From: Clostridia bacterium
GTDB taxonomy: Bacteria; Bacillota; Clostridia; Christensenellales; Aristaeellaceae
DNA: 38,914 bases
NCBI GenBank assembly: GCA_017460585.1
Contig: JAFUAR010000373.1
Location: 1-38,914, forward strand
Direction of reading: 5' to 3'
Below, one piece after another: positions 15,173 to 23,445 of this stretch (the first letter of the stretch is position 1; every line of letters begins with the position of its first letter). The notes beneath the pieces are model-generated. The model was not told the DNA's origin, searched no databases, and saw nothing but the letters and a program-made list of their open reading frames with translations. Both the position numbers and the translations under genes were made by a program.

Positions 15173-18100
15173 ATGACACTCAAGCGGTTGTTCAGGTTGC
15201 TTCTGGCGGCTGTGCTGGTCGTTGCCATCGCAGTGCCCGCGGGGCTCGTGTTCGCGGAGGGCGACGAGGGCGCGCAGCGCCACCGTCTGCAGTCTGTGGT
15301 AGAGGCGGAGAAGAAGGAAGGGACGAAAAAGTCCAGCCGTTCTGAGCCTCAGAACGTACAGGCTAAAGCGCCTACCGAGGTAGATCCGGACGCGGAAGAG
15401 ATTGCTTCAGAGCAAACGAGCTCTTCCACAATTTATATCGTTCCCAATAGCGCATCCAAGCAGCCGGGAGACGTGGATCCCATGCTCACGGCAATGGTGC
15501 TTGGCGCGGACGGCGCGGACGTGCAATATGTGCTGTATCGCGCTGAAGGCGAAGAGATTGGTCAATACCCCATTTTCGTAACGGTGGTATCGGCTCCAAG
15601 CGGCTACAATGTGGTCGCGCAGCAGGGCGTATTCACCATTGGCGATGCGGAGGATTCCCTCTCGATCTCCTCTGGCAGTACGCATCTCACTTATAACGGC
15701 AAGCCGCAGTCTTACGCGGAATATCGCGCAGTGTATAACGGCACCGAGCTCAAGCCGGATGAATCCGGTTTGGTGTATACGCTGCCCACTGGCGATACGC
15801 TGACCATCAGCAAGGCGGCTACGCTCACCCATGTCAATGAAAGCGCGGCTGCAAATAATACCTTCTCTTATACCCTGAGCAACAAAGAACTCGAAGCGAA
15901 GGTGCATGTGGCATATGGCACAATCACCATTGATCCCGTGCCGCTCACCATTACCGCCAGAAATCAGGATTTCCTGCTCGTAGAGCCCGGCTCGACCGTG
16001 GGCGAGAATTTGGCGACCTATGATGATCCTGAGGTGATCGAAAAGAAGATCATTGTGGAAGGTCTGCAGAACGGCGATACGGTTACGAAGGTGACCTTGG
16101 ACGGTCTGGCTTCCTTCCACGGCAGCTATGAGCTGCGTGTGATCGACGCGGAGGTTTCCGCACCCGATGGCGATTATGAAATTGAGCTGCTTCCCGGCAA
16201 GCTGAATGTTGTAACCGAGATTCCGGATATCCGCATCTCCTCCCTCTCCACCAGCGATCTTTCCGACGCGGAGCAGGCAGGCTGGGTGTACGATGGCAAG
16301 GCGCATTCCCTCAAGCACGCGATCGTGACCTACGGCGGCGAGACGCTTGCGGGCAACGACAATACCTATGTGCTGCCCACCGGCGATACGCTGACGCTCA
16401 CCGGCTTTGCCGCGATCACCAACGCGGGCACGAAGGAAAATACCTTCACCTATACCGTAACGAATCCCGATTTCTATGAAGGACATATTTCCGTAGATAC
16501 CGGCATCCTCACGCTGCGCAAGGCCAATCTGAACGTCAGCGCCAACCGCGTAAAGGAATACAACGGCTCCTATCAGGGACCGAGCGCGGATATGAGCATT
16601 GAAGAGCTGCGCGAGTGGGTCACCCTGAACGGCATTGGCGAGGGAGATCAGCTCTCGGCGGCGAACGTGACCATGGCGGAAGAAGGCGGCGTTCAGGCGG
16701 GTACATACGCGCTGCAGGTCAGCAACATTCGCATTTCCCGCGATGGCGAGGACGCGACCGACAATTACGATATTACCGTAAGCGACGGCGTGCTCACCAT
16801 ACTTCCCCGACCGGTAACGCTGACTCTGAGCAGCACGATTTCGCTCTTCTACGGTGAGAATGATACCGTAAAGGCGAGCGATTACGCTTCTAATATCACC
16901 ATTTCCTCCAACGGCGAGGCTCTGGAGGATGCGCTGACTGCCGAGGTGCTGGGCAACACTACCCTTACGCCCGCCTATCCCAACGGTTACACCGTGGGCA
17001 CCTTCGGCGCGATTGGCAGCTGCGCGAACTTTGATATTACCGTAGACGGCAGCATTCAGATTTTGGATGATACCGGTTTGCGCATTGGCGGAATTGATTC
17101 CCGCGACGCGAGTATTACGCTGAGTCGCGAAAATGTGAAGCTGCCCATCACCTATTCCGTGAGCGTAGCGCTGCCGGAGGGCAAGTACTGCGTGGATTCC
17201 GCGAAGAGCTACGATAATGTCACCGTAGAAACGGGCGCTTCCATTTCCGTAGGAAGCTATCACTACAGCGCTTCCGGACAGAGCTGGGAAGCGGGTCTTC
17301 CCGCGGGCACGGTCATTACCGTAACCCCGATCGTGGAAGGCGAAAGCCTGAAGTCCGCGACTCAGACTGTGGCGCAGAGCAGCGCGACCTTGGCGGCGAG
17401 CATTGAAAAGCCGTTCATTGGTCAGAGCCTCACGCTGGATGTGGAAGTGAACGTTCAGTCTAAGCAGGCCGAGGTTGTAAAGATCGAACTGGTCGAAGGC
17501 AGTATTTCCAAGACCTTCTACGAGACGGTTGGCAATAGCAAGACGGTGCATCTCACCAATTTGGGCGATTTCCCCGATGGCGAAGATATTAAGGCGACTG
17601 TTTCCCTGTTGGACAGCAACGTAAACCTGATCGATGTAGCCGCGGTAACGATCTCCGGTATTTCCAAGTATACCGGCAGCTTTGGCGGCACGGTATCGTT
17701 TGAGAACCGCGGAGATGTAGCGACCATCACCTTGGAGCAGGATGCTGTAGAGATTACCAGCGTGACGATTGACGGGTTTAGTTCTGAAACCTCTGAGCCG
17801 AGTGGTTCCGGTAAGAACTGGACGTATGCCTTGGAGAATTGGAAGAACAATCCGACCAACCTGCCCCCGAAGAGCTCTACCGCCACCGTAAAGTATGTAG
17901 ACAAGTATGGCAATGAAGGCACCGCTACCGGTACCTCTACCATGAGCACCGGCAAGAGCATTACCATTACCTACGCGCAGCCCACCATGGTGCGCGAGAA
18001 CGGTCGACTGGTCGGCATGGAGCTGCGCCTGTCCGGTCAGGGCACCGCGTACGAAAAGATGACCCTGAACGTAAACGGTCGCTCCTATCCGGTGCAGATT

Positions 18101-19108
18101 AGCGGCAGCCGCGGCACTTACGATCTGGAAGCGCGTGGTCAGTGGAGCAAGGATGTCAGCCTGGATGATATCGATCTTGCCGGCGATTCCGTGCGCATCA
18201 GCGCCAAGTACGACAACATCAATGGTTCCGGCTCCGCCGATCCCATCACCTACCGCAAGCTTTACCAGCCCACGCTGGCGGGTTCTCCCGAGCTCATGCG
18301 TTATGATATGGTCTACGGCTTTGCCGATCCCGACGCGACCATCATTATTGAAGTGACCCGCGAGGTGGATGGTCAGACGCAGGTTACCCGCTACGATAGC
18401 GAAACCAATAAGGATATGTTCCAGACCGGCATTACCGGCGGAACGAAGTACTACGTATTCGAGCTTCCGGAGCGCTTCCAGCCCGGCGACCGCGTGGATG
18501 TGTGGTATCGCGACGCGAATGGCGTAGAGGATCTCGCCTCTAAGTATACCTTGATCATTCCCGAAGAGGTCTATGGTCAGACGATGGCGGAGGCGCTTGG
18601 CGCCAATATCATCGATTGGAGCGCGAGCGAGGGACAGAGCGCGGAGCATCACTTCGTCGTACCGGTAAAGGTGGACGAGCTGACCGCGGCGGAAGACCAC
18701 AGCATGACCGTGCCGATTCTGGCGTTCGACGGCTATGTGGTGGGTCACCTCACCCTCACCTTGGAGGGCTCTGAACTCAAGACCACCTGCGATCTGGATC
18801 CGGAATGCGTATACGACGGCGCGGGATATATCCTCCGCTATTACGATACCAAGCCCACCATCGCTCAGCTGGCGGCGGATACTTCCATGAACGACATGAA
18901 CGTGCCGATCGATGTAACGCCTTATGGCAATACCCTGTGGGTATACGCCGGCTTTGAGGTTGAGGTCGATCCGAGCCGCGTGGTATCCATGAACGATTTC
19001 GTGGCGCTCTACGCCGAAAAGAACGAGGAGAGCAAGGTGAATATCGATCCTATGGATCCTGAACTGTACGCCTTGTATATGCAGTTCCAGCAGGTAGAGG
19101 ACGATTAA
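15173..19108 (+). CDS. Large secreted repeat protein with MBG-like and Ig-like modules (1311 aa)
   Basis: Start trimmed to MTLKRLFRLLLAAVLVVAIAVPAGLVFAEG (signal peptide; GGAAAGAGGGA RBS). Recurrent (Y/N)(D/N)GK...Y(T/V)LPTGDTLT(I/L) and ...GxYxI...(D/A)NYDITVxxGxLTI blocks are typical of MBG-type adhesin repeats. No C-terminal TM or sortase motif was seen. Confidence 0.8.
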   Translation: MTLKRLFRLLLAAVLVVAIAVPAGLVFAEGDEGAQRHRLQSVVEAEKKEGTKKSSRSEPQNVQAKAPTEVDPDAEEIASEQTSSSTIYIVPNSASKQPGDVDPMLTAMVLGADGADVQYVLYRAEGEEIGQYPIFVTVVSAPSGYNVVAQQGVFTIGDAEDSLSISSGSTHLTYNGKPQSYAEYRAVYNGTELKPDESGLVYTLPTGDTLTISKAATLTHVNESAAANNTFSYTLSNKELEAKVHVAYGTITIDPVPLTITARNQDFLLVEPGSTVGENLATYDDPEVIEKKIIVEGLQNGDTVTKVTLDGLASFHGSYELRVIDAEVSAPDGDYEIELLPGKLNVVTEIPDIRISSLSTSDLSDAEQAGWVYDGKAHSLKHAIVTYGGETLAGNDNTYVLPTGDTLTLTGFAAITNAGTKENTFTYTVTNPDFYEGHISVDTGILTLRKANLNVSANRVKEYNGSYQGPSADMSIEELREWVTLNGIGEGDQLSAANVTMAEEGGVQAGTYALQVSNIRISRDGEDATDNYDITVSDGVLTILPRPVTLTLSSTISLFYGENDTVKASDYASNITISSNGEALEDALTAEVLGNTTLTPAYPNGYTVGTFGAIGSCANFDITVDGSIQILDDTGLRIGGIDSRDASITLSRENVKLPITYSVSVALPEGKYCVDSAKSYDNVTVETGASISVGSYHYSASGQSWEAGLPAGTVITVTPIVEGESLKSATQTVAQSSATLAASIEKPFIGQSLTLDVEVNVQSKQAEVVKIELVEGSISKTFYETVGNSKTVHLTNLGDFPDGEDIKATVSLLDSNVNLIDVAAVTISGISKYTGSFGGTVSFENRGDVATITLEQDAVEITSVTIDGFSSETSEPSGSGKNWTYALENWKNNPTNLPPKSSTATVKYVDKYGNEGTATGTSTMSTGKSITITYAQPTMVRENGRLVGMELRLSGQGTAYEKMTLNVNGRSYPVQISGSRGTYDLEARGQWSKDVSLDDIDLAGDSVRISAKYDNINGSGSADPITYRKLYQPTLAGSPELMRYDMVYGFADPDATIIIEVTREVDGQTQVTRYDSETNKDMFQTGITGGTKYYVFELPERFQPGDRVDVWYRDANGVEDLASKYTLIIPEEVYGQTMAEALGANIIDWSASEGQSAEHHFVVPVKVDELTAAEDHSMTVPILAFDGYVVGHLTLTLEGSELKTTCDLDPECVYDGAGYILRYYDTKPTIAQLAADTSMNDMNVPIDVTPYGNTLWVYAGFEVEVDPSRVVSMNDFVALYAEKNEESKVNIDPMDPELYALYMQFQQVEDD

Positions 19109-19148
19109 AGCATTGAAGGTTAATCGGCAATCATCATAGCAATGGGCG

Positions 19149-19180
19149 AAGCCGCCCCGGATACAAACGGGGCGGCTTTT
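19149..19180 (+). terminator. Terminator-like hairpin after the 1311-aa gene (possible partial terminator)
   Basis: 11-bp stem AAGCCGCCCCG (19149-19159) / CGGGGCGGCTT (19168-19178) followed by TT. Confidence 0.5.
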
Positions 19181-19201
19181 CCTGAATCGGGGGCGCATGG
19201 A

Positions 19202-20257
19202 ATGCGGAGAAACGACCGAAAAGCAGGCGGACGAGCGCGCGGGAGAGCCAGAAAGCGTAAGCTCTGGGTTTCCGTGGGCGTCGTCTGCCTGTTTCTCATT
19301 GTAGCGCTGCTCATTGGGCGAGCGGTGCAAGACTTTCAACATATGAATGCGCAGACACCCGAGACGCAACCGGTAGAAATGCCCGATCTTAGCGGCGCGT
19401 CAGATGCGAAAGCGCCTGCGGTGGATGAGACCAGCGCATCCGCTAAGACCATATTGACCCATGCGGACGCGCTGCTGCGCATCGCCGCATCGGCGGATAA
19501 TTCCGGTTGGATCAGCGGCGGGCAGGCAACCGTAGTGGGCAAGAACGACGCGGGACAATGCCTTACGGACGATTGGACGGATATCGCGCAGCTTCGGCTG
19601 GGCGACGCGCACGCCATCGCCCTTTCGGCGGATGGACGGCTATTGTTCTCCGGAAGCAACGCGCAGGGACAGCTTGAGCTGGACGCCGGTGGAGAGCCGG
19701 TGCGCTACGTAGAGGCGGGACCCTATGCCAGCTACGCGGTGCTGATGAACGGCACGGCGATCATGGCGGGCGCGGGTCCGGCGACCTCAACCCAGCTCAT
19801 GGCGCAGCGCAATCTACTTGCCCTTGCCGCGAGCGAGAGCCATATCGCATTGCTTTATGCAGACGGCACGGTTGCGTTGCTGACGGATGGCGATGACGCG
19901 CAGGCGGACGTGTCCAGCTGGGAGCATATCGTCGCGATCGACTGCGGATATGGATATACCATCGCTTTGGATGAAAGCGGCACGGTGCGCTTCGCCGGAG
20001 AGGATCGCTACGGTCTGGGCGGTATAGACGGGCTGAAACAGGTTCAGTCCATCGCCGCGGGGGTGAATACCTGCTATGCGGTAATGAACGACGGCACAGT
20101 GCGCGCGTTTGGTTCGAACGGTTCGGGTCAGGCGGAGGTATCCGGTTGGACGAACGTTTCGGCGGTCGCCGCGGGCTATATGCACGCCATTGCCCTTACA
20201 GGGGATATGCGCTTGCTCGGCGCGGGCAGCGCGGCAAACGGTCGGCTGGGAAGGTAG
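19202..20257 (+). CDS. N-terminally membrane-anchored RCC1-like beta-propeller repeat protein (351 aa)
   Basis: MRRNDRKAGGRARGRARKRK followed by TM LWVSVGVVCLFLIVALLIG. Repeated ...HAIALSADGRLLFSGSNAQGQLE..., ...YTIALDESGTVRFAGEDRYGLG..., ...CYAVMNDGTVRAFGSNGSGQAE... and ...HAIALTGDMRLLGAGSAANGRLG blocks. Start chosen downstream of the hairpin; the alternative at 19142 has no RBS. Confidence 0.7.
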   Translation: MRRNDRKAGGRARGRARKRKLWVSVGVVCLFLIVALLIGRAVQDFQHMNAQTPETQPVEMPDLSGASDAKAPAVDETSASAKTILTHADALLRIAASADNSGWISGGQATVVGKNDAGQCLTDDWTDIAQLRLGDAHAIALSADGRLLFSGSNAQGQLELDAGGEPVRYVEAGPYASYAVLMNGTAIMAGAGPATSTQLMAQRNLLALAASESHIALLYADGTVALLTDGDDAQADVSSWEHIVAIDCGYGYTIALDESGTVRFAGEDRYGLGGIDGLKQVQSIAAGVNTCYAVMNDGTVRAFGSNGSGQAEVSGWTNVSAVAAGYMHAIALTGDMRLLGAGSAANGRLGR

Positions 20258-20329
20258 GCTGCGTACGGGGTAAAGCACCCATGGCGCAACCAGAGGAACC
20301 GATGAATGGATAAGGGAAGGGAAGCTGGA

Positions 20330-23300
20330 ATGAAGAAAATCCTGAAAGCAATGCTGGTTTTGGCGCTCGCCCTCGCGCTGCTGCTGCCCGAATGGGCGCT
20401 GGCAGCGGAATCCGGCTACCTGAGCATTGCCGAAATGCATCAGGACAACGACAATAGCGGCAGGGTCTATCTGTATCTCACCTATGTGGAATACAACTGG
20501 CTGGCTCCGAGGGATAATCTCCATTCCGAGGACTTTTATACCCTGACCATGGATTCAAAGCAGATACCGGTGTACAATCCGGTGCTGTATTCCCGCACGG
20601 GCGGTCGCGTGCACTACGTACTGTGCGTGGATGTATCCAAATCCATTAAGGATACCGAACGCCCCAAGGTGAAGGAAGCGCTCACGAACTTTGTGGATAA
20701 TCTGCAAAGCAACGAGATGGTCACCATTATTACCTTCGGCGATAATGTGCAGACCGTCGCCAATGCCTTGAGCGACAAGAACCAGCTGCGCAGCCGGATC
20801 GATTCCATCGATTGGACCGGCAACACTACGCAGCTGTACGAGGGTGTGAAGACCGCCATGGACGCCGCCAGCGTGAAGCGCATGGAGGACGCTCAGGTGG
20901 GGCGCACCGCCGTAGTGCTCATTACCGACGGCGTAGACGAGACCAGCGAGACCAGCAAATATACCCCGAGCGCGGTGTTGGACGCCATTATCAATACCAA
21001 TGTGCCGGTATATGTGCTGTATTTTGACCGCAGCGGCAAGGATCAGCAGAGCATTACCGAACTGAACAGCTTTGTCAACGCTTCGGGCGGCTTGTTCAAA
21101 ATGCTGGATGCGCCCTCTCTGCAGACCATACTTAAGAATATTGGCGATCTCACGCGCAATTGCGTACAGATTTCCACCCAGCTCGTCAATGAGGGACAGG
21201 GCGCGACGCAGCCCGATTCGGGCTATCCCTTTCAGGTGACGGAGGGCAACGGCAAGAAATCCGCGGAGCATAATTTCATAGTGGACTTCCAGCGCCTGCC
21301 CGATCCTACGCCCGAACCCGATCTCGCCGTAGACGAGACCACCATCGTACCCATTACCGAGGATTTTGAAGCCATCACCGTCCGCACGGAGCCCAACTCC
21401 ACCGTAACCATTTCCCGCAAGGGGCAGACGCTCTATCAGGATACCTCCAACGGTTCGGGCGAGCTGACTTGGCATTTTGACGCGGAGACCGTGAAGCTGC
21501 GCAAGGGCGAGACCATTTCCGTAGACGTGGAGGATCCCTCCCATAACCGGCTGCCGGAGCCTGTAACCGCGGAGGTGGGCGAATCGTCGCGCGAGCAGAT
21601 TACCAAGCTGGAAATCGACGGCATGGACGGCGACAACGTAATTTACGGGTCGAACTTTACCATTACCGGCTACGCCGAGCCCGATGCACAGGTGCTTGTG
21701 AGCTGGGTGAACAACAACGCCGGCGGCGCGCTGCACGAGGATGTCATTTCCGTAAAGAGCAACGGCTACTTTGAGGCGACGCTGGATTATGGTACCTCCA
21801 ATAATCCCGATACCACCATGGCGCGTGGCTATGTGGATGTGAAGTACGCGGATTATCTCGCCTACAGCCGTTGGTCGAGCACGAGCGGGCAGATCGCTTG
21901 GTACCGTGATCCCAAGCCGGAGATTGACGACCATATCGACCGCTTTGAAGTCGATCCCATTACGGAAGATACGGATGTGCTGCGCGCGGATACGGAGGCG
22001 AACTCCACCGTATACGTAAGCTGGCAGGGCTTTGAGGATCATTCGCAGGCGAACGAACAGGGCGTATGGGAATATCCCATTCGCCGCCTCAAGCCGGATA
22101 CGCAGGTGGTGCTCTACGCGATTGATCCCGCGGGCAACCGCAGCGAAAACGTGACCAAGGTGGTCAATCCGTCTACACGCGATAAGATTACCATGAACAT
22201 CTCCGAGCTGGGAGAAGGCGGCACCGTGAATTCGGAAACGCTGACCGTGACCGGCAACGCCGAACCCGGCGAGATAGTGCGCGTTACTTGGATGTCGGAC
22301 AGCGAGCCTGTACCGCGCCCCAAGAAGTGCGAGGTGAATGAATACGGGCACTATCGCGCGGTCTTTACCAACGAGGAGTGCGCTGGCGGCGAGGGATACT
22401 TTACCGCCATTTACGACGACGGCAACGCCAGCAGCAAGCGCGCGGACGATCGGCAGGTGGTGTGGAACAACGCCCCGCCCACGCCCGTGCCCACGGAGGT
22501 ACCCGTAACTGAAGCGCCTACGCCCGTACCCAGTCCCACGCCCAGCGAAGCGCCCACGGCGACTCCCGCACCGACCATTCCGGCAACGCCGGAACCCACG
22601 CCGGAACCTACCGCCGAACCCACGCCGGAGCCCACGGCGACTCCCGCGCCATGGCCGCAGAACTGGATCATCAGTTTTACCGATTATTTCGGCGGACCGG
22701 ACGAGATGCTGGAGAATCCGCGCTTCTGGATACTCGCGGCGGCGGTGCTGCTGTTCATCGCGCTCATCGTGCTGCTGATCGTGCTGCTCGCCAAACGCGG
22801 GCGCAAGCGCACGCGTACGCCCGGTATGGACGCGGCGGAGGATATGCCCCGCAAGGATGGCGGCGCGGCAAGTCAGGCGGGCACCATCCGTCAGGGCGGC
22901 GCGCCGAGCGGACCGGATTCGGGCATGACCCTGCCCAGAAACGCCACGCCTCCCGCAGGCGGATTTGATCTGAATTCTACCATCCCCATGCAGCCTTCGA
23001 CCGGCACGGTGCGCATTGAAAAGAAACAGAATGTAATGCCGACCGGTACGGTGCGCATCCGCAAAAACGGTCCCGCGCCCATTCAGCTGGATATACTGGA
23101 AACGAGGAGCTTCGCGGGCATATCCAATGAACGCACCGCAGCGCTGGCGACGGAGCTGATCGTAGGTCGCGATCAGAGCTGCGCGTTCCCCGTACAGGAT
23201 GAGACCGTGTCGACGCGCCATTTGAAGCTGGAGCGCGATGGTTCGGCGGTGTTCGTTACCGACCTGAACTCCTCCAACGGCACCAAGCTGAACGGGACGC

Positions 23301-23386
23301 CGGTAACCGAAAAGACCCCCTTGAACAGCGGCGATACGCTGGAGATCGGTCGCACGACTCTGTTAATTCGCTTTAACGCGCAATAA
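20330..23386 (+). CDS. Single-pass membrane protein: signal peptide, extracellular vWA head, Ig-like A-B-A-B stalk, PT linker, TM and cytoplasmic FHA (1018 aa)
   Basis: MKKILKAMLVLALALALLLP signal peptide. vWA/MIDAS signatures HYVLCVDVSKSI (D-x-S-x-S), VTIITFGD and AVVLITDGVDET. TM FWILAAAVLLFIALIVLLIVLLA (about 22724-22792). FHA LIVGRDQSCAFPVQDETVSTRHLKL...LNSSNGTKLNG. Confidence 0.88.
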   Translation: MKKILKAMLVLALALALLLPEWALAAESGYLSIAEMHQDNDNSGRVYLYLTYVEYNWLAPRDNLHSEDFYTLTMDSKQIPVYNPVLYSRTGGRVHYVLCVDVSKSIKDTERPKVKEALTNFVDNLQSNEMVTIITFGDNVQTVANALSDKNQLRSRIDSIDWTGNTTQLYEGVKTAMDAASVKRMEDAQVGRTAVVLITDGVDETSETSKYTPSAVLDAIINTNVPVYVLYFDRSGKDQQSITELNSFVNASGGLFKMLDAPSLQTILKNIGDLTRNCVQISTQLVNEGQGATQPDSGYPFQVTEGNGKKSAEHNFIVDFQRLPDPTPEPDLAVDETTIVPITEDFEAITVRTEPNSTVTISRKGQTLYQDTSNGSGELTWHFDAETVKLRKGETISVDVEDPSHNRLPEPVTAEVGESSREQITKLEIDGMDGDNVIYGSNFTITGYAEPDAQVLVSWVNNNAGGALHEDVISVKSNGYFEATLDYGTSNNPDTTMARGYVDVKYADYLAYSRWSSTSGQIAWYRDPKPEIDDHIDRFEVDPITEDTDVLRADTEANSTVYVSWQGFEDHSQANEQGVWEYPIRRLKPDTQVVLYAIDPAGNRSENVTKVVNPSTRDKITMNISELGEGGTVNSETLTVTGNAEPGEIVRVTWMSDSEPVPRPKKCEVNEYGHYRAVFTNEECAGGEGYFTAIYDDGNASSKRADDRQVVWNNAPPTPVPTEVPVTEAPTPVPSPTPSEAPTATPAPTIPATPEPTPEPTAEPTPEPTATPAPWPQNWIISFTDYFGGPDEMLENPRFWILAAAVLLFIALIVLLIVLLAKRGRKRTRTPGMDAAEDMPRKDGGAASQAGTIRQGGAPSGPDSGMTLPRNATPPAGGFDLNSTIPMQPSTGTVRIEKKQNVMPTGTVRIRKNGPAPIQLDILETRSFAGISNERTAALATELIVGRDQSCAFPVQDETVSTRHLKLERDGSAVFVTDLNSSNGTKLNGTPVTEKTPLNSGDTLEIGRTTLLIRFNAQ

Positions 23387-23445
23387 GAACAATCAATCGC
23401 CCGAAAGGAGAGCATCCCTTCGGGCACAAGTGGGAGTGAGCTTTT

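Noticed and set aside
15130-15345. 71-aa plus-strand ORF starting in the 5' UTR of the large operon
   Set aside because: It is out of frame with, and overlaps, the signal-peptide start at 15173. It has no RBS and an Arg/Gly-rich shadow translation.
15407-19369. 1320-aa minus-strand ORF
   Set aside because: It is antisense to the 1311-aa signal-peptide repeat protein. It has shadow-frame composition (R/G/A/H/I rich), no start context, and runs across the intergenic hairpin.
22472-22650. PT/PE-coding periodic DNA (also 25498..25593 and 37544..37615) as a possible CRISPR array or mobile-element repeat
   Set aside because: The units are directly adjacent 24-nt in-frame repeats with no spacers, and they lie inside long ORFs. 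They encode low-complexity linkers and do not form an array.
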